Below, in pieces: positions 52,686-64,000 of a stretch of DNA of 64,000 nt (its first letter is position 1; the number at the start of each line of letters is the position of its first letter). Made by a program: the position numbers and the translations under genes. The DNA is taken from assembly GCA_964016885.1 (NCBI GenBank), contig OZ024742.1:121706001-121770000 (forward strand), read 5' to 3'. The notes beneath the pieces are model-generated. The model had not been told where the DNA came from. It searched no databases and saw only the letters and a program-made list of their open reading frames with translations. The stretch is from Eledone cirrhosa (taxonomy: Eukaryota).

Positions 52686-53477
52686 CTGTAATATAAAATA
52701 AAATAAATACACGCCCCAGAAACCAAAGATAACCACATTCTCTATGGATTCTTTTGATTCATAAACAATGATTTTGAAAGCTAAAGTTGACTGAATATGA
52801 ATGAATTCAATTTCATAAACAACCACTTATCATAGATACAAAACATCAGGAATAACAAAACACCGATTATTATAGTTTCAAGATAACTAAATAAAATACG
52901 GTGTCTTCACAAGAGTTAATAAACATCATATCTATTCATGAATTGCGATTGACTTCTATAAAAATGCATTATTCACTAAGATATAGTTTTATTAAATCAT
53001 ACTAGATATAATTACATTTCCCCCAAATAACCACTTTGTATAGTATTTTAAAACTGTTAACATATTTCCACAAAAAATATCATATTTAATTTGAATGTAT
53101 TTTGCGCATAAAAAGGAAATGAGTTGTTTGAGATCTCTAAAGTAAAGTGTCTACAAGAAAACCAAGACAGAAAAAAGAATATTTGAATTTTTAGACTAAA
53201 ATAACAACTTTCTTAATTAAAGGCTTTTTTTCAAAAACAAATTATGAACAAGAATTATTCAGAATTATTTACCGAAAGAAAAGACAACAGCCTATTTATA
53301 CTGTGAAAGAAAGAGAATGGACAGTGAAATAGTTGAAAGAGACACATGTACAAGAATACAGAGGCAGTGAAATGTCTTATAATGGTGCAAAACTATGCAA
53401 ATATTTCCCTAAATGTATGCATTCACACATAATCACATTTCTATTATGTATATATCTATATATATACATAAAATATT

Positions 53478-53879
53478 TGCTCCGAGGTAGCTGTATACAT
53501 ACAAGTATGGGAATTTCGTATATATAATGTCATACGATATGTTAAATAAATAAACATTTGAAAAACATTTTAGCTATGAGTATTGAAAGGCGGACGGCTG
53601 GCACCGTCTAGTGGATTCCAGCAGAAGGAGTGGGGGACAACTGTCAATGTATATATCTGACTGTGGCCGTCATCAGGACAGTGGTTTCCCTTGCTGTCTA
53701 CTGGAGCTTGAAACGGGCGAAAATACATAATTCTTTTGCCCATGTAGATGGGTTAATTAGCCTCATTTGTATATTGAGCTGTATAAGCTGGCTCAGCTTA
53801 AAACTAGAATTTAAACGCCTGCTCCAATACAGCGGTATACACACAAGTATGTGAATTTTGTATATCTAATAGTATACGA
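53478..53879 (-). mobile_element. HHR element with ~60-bp direct terminal redundancy (period 342)
   Basis: 53478-53537 repeats at 53820-53879; actgtc-CTGATGA-cggc caca gtca-GATA-tataca-TT-gacagt at 53640-53682; shares tagcctcatttg.ata..gagc with ~16300. Confidence 0.7.
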
Positions 53880-53883
53880 ATTT

Positions 53884-53932
<49 letters not shown>

Positions 53933-54021
53933 CCCCCCCACACACGCACACCCACACATATATTACATTGAAAGTTATAGATGTCATGTTTGAGATAATC
54001 TCAAATATGCGTCTTATATAA

Positions 54022-54068
<47 letters not shown>

Positions 54069-54070
<2 letters not shown>

Positions 54071-54330
54071 ATTAGAAAGTGAACAACACACTATATAACT
54101 ACTACATTACCAAAGGTTTCTGGATCCCAGACAATAATAATATACGTCTGGATCGGTCGTCATAACATCTCTGTCTGACAACCGATCCAGACGTATATTA
54201 ATATTGTCTGGGATCCAGAAACCTTTGGTAATAGAGTAGTTATATTTTGTGTTGTTCACTTTCTAATTAAATAGCTCTGTTCTATACATAGAGCACTCTT
54301 TTTTCCTTTGCTTTTCCTTCGGAATTACCT
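54069..54330 (+). mobile_element. Fold-back element with HHR at 54169-54236
   Basis: ~94-bp arms 54069-54162 / 54176-54269; ctctgt-CTGACAA-..gatccagac..gtctgggatc..-GAAA-cc ttt gg-TA-atagag; left arm preserves TGACGA. Confidence 0.8.
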
Positions 54331-54368
54331 AAGACATACACATATATATATATATAAACACAGACATG

Positions 54369-54436
<68 letters not shown>

Positions 54437-54458
54437 TGTATGTATATATATACCTGTA

Positions 54459-54616
<158 letters not shown>

Positions 54617-54627
54617 GTGACTTATTT

Positions 54628-54683
54628 ACTGCTATATATATTTCGATGATAGCCATTGAATGGCTATGACCTCATCAGGCAGT
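54628..54683 (-). ncRNA. Minimal hammerhead ribozyme (intact core)
   Basis: actgc-CTGATGA-[ggtcatagcca ttcaa tggctatcatc]-GAAA-tatata-TA-gcagt. Confidence 0.88.
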
Positions 54684-54827
54684 TAGTCAGTTCTTAGATA
54701 TGCCAGCGCTGTGTTTATAATGTTGATGGTATCAGAGCCTTGGGACATATGAGCTTGTTAGGAATAATTTAAGTGTATATATATATATATATATGTATGT
54801 ATATATGTATATATATGTATGTATATG

Positions 54828-54910
<83 letters not shown>

Positions 54911-55039
54911 ATGTGTGTGTCTGATGGTAGCTAAGATGCCGGTTGAGCACTCTATGCTCTTACAGAGCAGAGCATGATATAATAGAAAACGAAGAATCAG
55001 TGATGCATCTGAACGTGTGTGTGTGTCTGTCTGTGTGTG

Positions 55040-55410
55040 AGTGCGCGCATGGCTGTGTGAACTACCAAACCTCAGCAGTAATTTATTGAAGTTTAGCAGA
55101 CATGGGACAGACAACGCCATGATGGTCAGCGGACTGGTAGGTACCTGTGGTTAGAATTATGATGACGTAGACAACCAGCGGCCAATCACAGGACGCGCGA
55201 AGAGGATGAAATTTTTGACGGTACTGGCCCAGAGGGTCAGATACCCTAGTGAGAGAATATGCTCCGAAATCATTAGACGTGTCCGTCGAACCTGCGGGTC
55301 CAGAATCAAACAGATCCACACAATGATCGCGTCTCGAGGTGTCCGCCGACGAAACAATTGTAACACACAATAAATTGAGTTCAGATGCATCACTGATATT
55401 TTGTTTTGTA
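55040..55410 (+). mobile_element. Second copy of the CTCGA-core family
   Basis: gcgt-CTCGA-ggtgtccgccgac-GAAA-caattg-TA-acac-AATAAA at 55329-55374. Confidence 0.75.
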
Positions 55411-55639
55411 TTATATATATAATATCAGTGGCGTACAAGTGTCCGAGTGAAGTATATAAATTGTAATAGATGTATATGATATATTTGGATTTATGATAAA
55501 TATTCGAACCATCTTCTAAACAGATTCCTAATTTCCGGGTCTAAAACCTGTTTTAAATCAGAATTAAATCTGAACTTTATGTGAACGTCTACAACATCAA
55601 TCTAGTAATACGTCATGAAGGACATAGAGGAACTCTTAA

Positions 55640-55955
55640 CCACTTCTGGTCGTCGAGAATGTGGTCGGACGCAATATATTTGATATAGGGTAAAGCTAAA
55701 ATAAAGATTGTATTCTGGATTGTAGAGATAGGTTTGTGATATCGGGCGAAATATTTGTGCCTTGAATGGGAAGAGAACGTGTGTCTTGCGTGTTAACAAT
55801 TGGTGATAGATTACAGACTGGACTAGAATTCCTGCGTATTTTCTATACATGTATAAACATTATCCAGAAGATAGAACATAATTATCTTTCATCCTCCTTT
55901 GATATGATTGAGTTAGATTTTGTGATGATAAGGGATTTGTCGTTAACTATCACAT
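55640..55955 (-). pseudogene. Possible very decayed Penelope RT thumb/linker fragment
   Basis: Across frames: SIFWIMFIHV*KI..., ARHTFSS....ILALPY, resembling PLE thumb/linker spacing. Confidence 0.25.
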
Positions 55956-56765
55956 TGATATATATATATATGTAGGGAGCCAATTTGGATGTCATTGACC
56001 ACTGATTGGCCTCTCAAACCCTGTGAAAAATAGGGTATCAGTAACGACCTAAGGTTAAGAGGATATGAGGTTATACATTAGTTGATATACATGCATATAT
56101 ACGTACGTACGCAGGTAAAGGAAACTCCATAGAAATAAAATTGCTTCAATCGCATTTATCCTTTTAAAGGAATTGATTTATCATCGCCATCTGAACAAAA
56201 CTTTGTCAATCATTTAACAAACTTTGTCTCTCTACTAGTGATCCGAAGACATATCTGTATACTAACAGTTATCTTAAACGTATACATCATCAGTTGAGTT
56301 AAGAGGTCGTTTTCAATTTATGATTCATAAACAAGCAATGGTCATATACATAATTCATTAAAACCTAGGCAATCTTCTACCATTCCAACACACAGATATC
56401 ACGCCGCCACATCAACAGCAATTCACCACCAATAACCCTAAATTCCATCAACCTCAGCTTTTATCTAACACTGTTTCATGAAATCTCACGAAATCTATTA
56501 AACAGCGGTAAATGTGGCACATGTATTAAATCTGTTTTACTGCGTACAAATTTATCTTTAGTTTTAGATTAGAAATACCATAAGTTCATCAGATGAGACG
56601 CCATTTTAGAAAAAAAAGATAAAGATAAATTTCTATGTATGAGACAGCCATGTCGCACATTGTGTATGCAGTATTTATAGTAGTTTCATAAATGCATATA
56701 TTCCAACGCATGTATTCCAAATTCTTATCACTGATAGAGTCCTATTCCGTCATAAGCTATTCAAT

Positions 56766-57668
<903 letters not shown>

Positions 57669-58979
57669 GAGCAACGTTCAGTGTAAACGATAAAAGAGAG
57701 TAATCAATATTCGTATCAAGTTCGTTAATAAAATATATATCTTAATGTCAAAATTATCCTCAAAATGTTTATCATAGTGACGATAGAACAAGTATCTATC
57801 GATATCAACCGAATGTGTGATATATTTCTTAGGTTACGTTGATATTTTGTTGTATATTTTATAATCTAATAGTTGTTTGCTTTTTGAATTACAGTTCTGT
57901 TATCATTGCGTGGATATCACATTTTAGGAAAGAGTTTGATTAATTTCTTGCGATTGATTCACGAATTGATGCTATATTGTAAACATTATAGTAATGGAGA
58001 GTAATTGGATATTGCTATCCAAATATTCTGAAGAAAAATAAAACGTAACGTTTTCAAAACCAACATTTTCATTTATGAATCTTCTTTTGCTGCAGTTGGG
58101 AAAATATATGAGGTATATAGACATATGAATCAGTTATATGAATTAAATCTGCTCCTTCCACCTTGCACTGAAAAAATCATTAAGGATGTTGAAACGGAAA
58201 ACAAATCAGCAAATATATAAAACATTATACAGTTTCGTAAAATGTGATTAAAAAGAATCTGAGAAAATAAGACAAAAAATATGCACAAAAAAGCAACAAA
58301 AAAAACAACAAAACTATGTACATTTAATAGAGAATTTCAAAGTTGACGTAGAATTATTTTATAAATCTGGATTAAATATTTATAAAGAATTCTTTTTATA
58401 GTTATTAAAAAATTGCAACTCTTTCAAGTAAGACTTTCTTTTGGTTTTTAGAAGCAATTTTATACAATGTTAATACATTCAAGTGTCTTTTTACATGCGT
58501 AAAATGTTGAATGTACATTCAGCAATTTGGTTAGATGAGAGCGTGTTTCGTTTCGTAAGATGAGTTATAGAATTGCATCAATCACAACCACAATAGTGGT
58601 ACCAATATTATCGATTTCTGTGGATATCAATCTAGTTTTGCTTGTCAATTTTGGTTCATGTTATTTTCTTTACTTTTGAAGAAAGATTATGTTCCAACAA
58701 TATAAAATTTACAATTTATCATACTGCTGGTCTTTGATAAATCTTTCAGAATAAAAATGAGTGCTAATAAATATTTTCTTTTTACTTTAAATTAGTTTCT
58801 TCTCAACACTTTACAACTGCCTAACAACTCAGCTTGTGGTCACAAGTATTTGTTGTTACAACCTATGTCTCTTTGGCTTTGTCGGCCTCCCAAGGAGTTG
58901 ATTGCTATTTTAATGATCGGAGCTCCAGTCCTATCATGTTACCATTGTCCGGTGAAAGAGGCCGAGAATTAAACTAAAA

Positions 58980-59237
58980 TTTCTTCTTCTTCTTCTGGTC
59001 ATGAGGACAGAGTCCTCAAACACACCTTCCAGTGGGTCATGTCAGAAGCAACCGTCTCCAGAAGCATCCGGCTTGATTCCCAAGCCAAGTGAGACCAGCC
59101 AAGCTTATGGATATTATCCAACCATTTTGCTCGGGGTCTACCCCTTGGTCTCCTTCCAGTTGGTTTTGTCCATAAAATGTGTCCAGCGATTATTTCCTGA
59201 TACATTCTAACCACGTGCCTATAGTATCGGAGCTGTT
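58980..59237 (-). mobile_element. RTE-type LINE 3' end with (GAA)n tail
   Basis: ILWTKPTGRRPRGRPRAKWLDNI..W; (TTC)n at 58980-58996. Confidence 0.8.
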
Positions 59238-59384
59238 ATAAAAGGGAAAACACAGTCAATGATGTAGTTCTAAATTTACTGTCCTGGAAAAAAGATGGAT
59301 GGTCACGATTGGAAAAACTCTTATCGTGTCTCCTCGACTTGCAGCTAAGTAACGGGAACAACAACACATCATTATTTCTTTTAG

Positions 59385-59565
59385 GGCGGTGAATTGGCAG
59401 TATCGGTAGAGGGTCGGACGCCATGCTTTGCAGCACAGTTACGTCCCTTTACGGACTGAGTTCAAATCCCGCCAAGGTTAACTTTGCCTTTCATCCTTAC
59501 GGGGTCGATAAAGTACCAGTAATACACTGGATAATTGCTGGCCTTGTGCAAAAAAGTGGAAACAA
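59385..59565 (+). mobile_element. tRNA-derived SINE
   Basis: A box TGGCAGTATCGG, B box GAGTTCAAATCC, central motif, tail. Confidence 0.9.
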
Positions 59566-60076
59566 TTATTTCTTTTAATCAGAAAAAAAAATCCATTTTC
59601 CACTTGTTATTGTTTAACCCTGGGGAAATGATTGAGTAGATCTAAGATGAAAAGTAGCCATGACCCTCACTGTCAGCCTTTTTTTGTAGGTTGGTCAAGG
59701 ACTATAATATATGACGTATTTCTCAAAAATGTTTTGGGAGAGATTTTGCTGCTATAGTTAGCAGTTCGAGTCTCCAGCGTGAGGATTTTTTTATGGCTCA
59801 CATCTGTTTTGTTTTAAGTAAGAAGCAAACAAAATTAATTAGATCGATAAAGAGATATTACTTGTATTTCCCAATACAGGAATTGAGGAAATTTAGAACC
59901 TTACTTATGGAATTTGACGTCAATGTTCAGTATAGTCTATAATGTAAAACCCCGAATCTCTCTCTTTTTTATTTACTCCATACAGATTCATCTTTACTAC
60001 ACTGCAAGGATATAAAGAATAATTAATCATAATTATACATCAGGTATGTTTGCATATTTTTATGCACATCTCCATG

Positions 60077-60400
60077 GCGAATTGGCAGAATTGTTAGAAC
60101 AATTGCCTTTTGATATTCAGTCAGAAACTCTTCTCTCTGAGTTCAAATCCCGCCGAAGTCAACTTTGTCTCTCATTCTTTCGAGGTTGATAAAAAACAGT
60201 ACCAGTCTTTTCCTGGGGTTGATTCTTTATCTATATCTCTTTCTTAATTTCTCTCTCACACTAAATATTTCTCTGCAAGAAATCTGCTGTGTTCAGACCT
60301 GGAATGGTATGGGCTTCGCCAGGCTTAAAATGCTGAAGAAACCTCGCATGGCACTACGGCGCCTACACGACTCCATCAGGAGTTACGGGCCTTTACCATA
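60077..60400 (+). mobile_element. Older SINE with extended tail
   Basis: As 15296-15620. Confidence 0.7.
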
Positions 60401-60607
60401 GTCCTGTAGTCCTTTAAAGGTATTCAAACACACACACACGTACCTATACAAAATACCATTAGCTTTCAGTCATGTTGCTGCAATGGAACTTTTAGTAATC
60501 ACAAGTTCTAACTCTACATTTATCCCAGTAAATAGTTATTTCTCCGAAGTTACACATACATTAAAACCTGTATGTCATTTGTACATACATGCTGATTTAT
60601 TTAACTA

Positions 60608-60775
60608 CCGCATTTCTTGGCGTCGAAGACGCTACTTTTTTCCTAAAATAAGTCTCAAAAATCTACCATGGGTCCTGGAGACAGAAGGTTGTTAATTATT
60701 TTTTTTCAAATTTTTGGTTGTCAAAATTAGGGTGCGTCCTCGAGAACGAAGCGTCTTCGGCGCCGGGAAATACGG
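60608..60775. mobile_element. 168-bp MITE (Tc1/mariner-pogo type)
   Basis: TA|ccgcatttcttggcgtcgaagacgct ... agcgtcttcggcgccgggaaatacgg|TA; ~26-bp imperfect TIRs, TA duplication. Confidence 0.85.
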
Positions 60776-61149
60776 TATATCAGCAATAAATGATTAAACT
60801 AACATTTCTATCTTTAATCACTTCCACATGACAATAATCAACATAAACTGTAAAGTTTCTCATATGCAAACTATACAGTTATCGAAACACACACTTTTCA
60901 ATTTGTAAGATTTCCCATTTACACAGTAATTCTTGTATATGTGTCATACAAAATCTGGACTCCAAACATCAAATACATTCAACACTATTGCCATAATTAT
61001 TGACGTCGTTGGTCCACTACTGTTATATATCGGAGTACTATGTAATGCTACAGTAACTGTATTATACTATATACTATACAGTGTTAGAAGTAGTAAACCT
61101 CTTGTCCTCCAAATGAAGCACTCTACATGTGAGTAGAGTTCCACTGAAG

Positions 61150-61782
61150 TAGGTGAAGAACTTTAGTATCTCAGTGCCATTTTCACGACTGATGGAACTC
61201 AAGAGCTTGAGATAAGTGCAAGAATTGCAGGAGCTGGTGCAGTAATGCACTAGCTTCAGTATTCAGTCATCAGAAGAACAGAGGTAGTTGTAAACGACAA
61301 ATTCACTTTCAATTCGGTATTCATTCCAACCTTTACTTATGGCCATGAATCTTGGGTAATGAAAAAAATACGATCGTGAATACAAGCGGGGCCGAAATGG
61401 GATTCCTCCGAAGGGCTTTGGAGTAACTTCATTCGATTAGGTGCGTAGCTCAGAGATCAGGGACTCGCTCGAGAGATCATAGCTCCGATATTACGGGTAT
61501 GGAGATAGAATGTTTTTGGAAAGAATCATTGGACAGATTTTACGGGTAAACCCAACTATCAGGAACCCTCGAGGTAAATCCAGAGTAAGATTGTTGGATA
61601 ACATCCATGAGCTCTGTTGGTCTCATCTAGGGATCCAGATGAATCAATTGGAGACGGCTGCTTGTGACATGACCCATTGGAAGGAGTATTTTAGGACTCT
61701 GTCTCCTCGACCCTCCAAGGAATAAGTCGTCCTGCAGAAGAAGAAGAAGAAGAAGAAGAAGAAGAAGAAGAAGAAGAAGAAG

Positions 61783-61812
<30 letters not shown>
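61150..61812 (+). mobile_element. RTE-type LINE 3' fragment with long (GAA)n tail
   Basis: DG..ELEISARIAGAGAVM, PTFTYGHESW, RNPRGKSRVRLLDNI; (GAA)n 61736-61812. Confidence 0.82.
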
Positions 61813-61813
<1 letters not shown>

Positions 61814-62339
61814 GTCAGGAGTAGCAAAGCTGTCGAAATATTATATATATATATGTATTAGTACATTCAATTTCCTATCAGACTTTAAGTAAATATCGTG
61901 CAGAATAAAAATATTTCAGTTGAAAAATGTCTGCTGTCACTCCCGAAAATGGAAACAACTTTTATTGATGTTGACTTTTCAAATAGCTTAGTGAAAGATC
62001 AGTGATTCAGAGTTCTCAAGGGTCTTCAGCGGAATCCTGATTTTACTTTGTTATTGTCTTTCAAGATACATTGAGAAAATGAAGAGATAGAGACAGACGG
62101 ACACATACATAAGTAGATAACTAGATAGATATAGAGAGATGGCACGGGAGATAGATAGATAGCGAGAGAGAGTTAGAGGGAGAGAGAGAGAGTTAGTGAG
62201 AGAGAGAAGGAATACGGAAGAAAAGAGAGAGAGAAGAACGTTTAAGAGAGAGAAAGAGAGTGAGTGAGAAAGAAAGAAAGAGATAGAGAGTGAAAAAGAA
62301 AGCGATGAGAGAGAAAAATAGAAACAAAGTGCGTGTGTG

Positions 62340-62373
<34 letters not shown>

Positions 62374-63099
62374 AAAGAAAGACGTCAATCAGTCGTTCAC
62401 GGCCATCTGATTTTTCCATCTTAAATGTTTCATGCTAACAGTTGTTCTCCTGGGAATTTTAACTGCTATACTTCTCTTTCTGTTGCGTACAATTATCATT
62501 TAATGTAATATTTAACTATTACACTTCAGTCATTGCTGTCAATGTGTCTCTATTTTCCTCCCAATCTCTCTCTCTCATTCTGTCCTTCGTACTTTGTTCT
62601 GTTGCAGTATTCACCTAATCTTATGATTAGCATCAATGTTCTTTCAAAAGAGAATGATTGTATAGAAGTGGTGCTGGTCTACCAGCACATAGAACGTCAT
62701 TTCAAATTTACATGATCCAGTTTAATTTCCACAAGATATCTACAATGAGTGATAAAGTGGTAAGAAGTGGTAAGAAACTCTCAGGAGAGCTGAATAGCAG
62801 ATGGTCTTCAGAGAAGAAGCCCATCAAGCAAGTGTTTCATTATACAAGTGTCATAACCAAGGGAAACTTATATTTCCTCTACTTAACACCACAGCACTGG
62901 AGCTAGGCACATATCGCTACAGGAGACAATCTTGTAAAAACTAAGTAATTTACTCAAATAATTTGAAACGGATGTCTTCATATTGATGTTATAATTCTGG
63001 TTACTTACACTGGCACATGACCACGAATCTAAACTAGTGCTATATTTGAGTATGTCAACAGCAGTACATGGTCGATATATTATTTTATTTAGGTAAGAG

Positions 63100-63272
63100 C
63101 AGTGGATTGTCAGTGTCGGTATAGTGTCGGACAACATGCTTTGTGCATATAGTTAAGTCCCTTAACGTTCAGAGTTCAAATCCCACCGAGGTTAGCTTTA
63201 CCTATCATCCTTACTGTCTATAAAATAAAATACCTTCTCTTCAAATTATTTGTGCCAAAAGTAGAAACAATT
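63100..63272 (+). mobile_element. tRNA-derived SINE
   Basis: B box GAGTTCAAATCC and family tail tgtgccaaaagtagaaacaa. Confidence 0.8.
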
Positions 63273-63658
63273 ATTTCATCGACGTCGGTGCAAAGAAAAG
63301 CAAATTGCGCCGCAGTGAGTTTTAAAATTAAACAGTAAATATACTTAAATACTGCAAATAAATACACCAGGGTCTTGGCAGCCAACAATTCTAATTAAAT
63401 TCCACACATGTACAAAGCGGCTCATTTGTAGAAAAAATATAGAATCCTTCAAAATAACCCCAGGAAATGATTGAAATGTATTGTACCAGTGATTTTGAAA
63501 CCGATCAAAATAAAGTCGACCAAAACTTAATTATCACAAACGTATCATGCACTGCGATTGCTACAGTGTCGTTCCCCAAACATAATCTCTATTGATTTCA
63601 TACACATGTAGATGGCTACAGGATCAGATATAGACCTTGGAGGGGTCCCTCATATAAC

Positions 63659-63755
<97 letters not shown>

Positions 63756-64000
63756 ATGTATGTATGTATGTATGTATGTATGTATGTATGTTCTTCTGGT
63801 TTTATAATTTCACAAAGTTTTGCCAATAGAGGGAGAGTCGGTTTCTAACATAGACACAAGACTCTCTCATTGGAATTTACACAACATCAACTAGGTAGAT
63901 ATGTATGTATGCATGCATGTGTAGATATGGATGTTATTGTATGTGTGGATGTGTATGTTTTGAGTTGTATGTGTCCATGTGTATATGCTTTGTATCTGTA

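Overview
AT-rich, microsatellite-dense animal genomic DNA. The SINE families and repeat landscape look like octopus/cephalopod (my recollection, not verifiable here). No host gene is confidently identifiable; two weak minus-strand exon candidates are noted. The window is mostly mobile DNA: a near-intact Tx1/L1-clade LINE in an (ATCT)n tract (~611-6427), a Penelope-like GIY-YIG 3' fragment (~7005-8215), a decayed Rep-helicase Helitron with an internal ~373-bp tandem array (26894-~33035), several non-autonomous Helitrons (three fused head-to-tail), a decayed CRE-clade RLE retrotransposon with an N-terminal PHD-like finger (~34300-37665), RTE-type LINE fragments, about 15 tRNA-derived SINEs and a TA-flanked MITE. 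The main hidden signal is non-coding. About 20 minimal type-I hammerhead ribozyme (HHR) motifs occur, about 9 with complete cores and the rest degenerate or half. They belong to many sequence-unrelated 200-800 bp elements sitting between (TA)n/(CA)n tracts, arranged either as fold-back inverted repeats or with direct terminal redundancy. This fits a diverse population of Penelope-pLTR/retrozyme-like non-autonomous ribozyme retroelements, including one family with a shortened CUCGA core. All structures were folded by eye.
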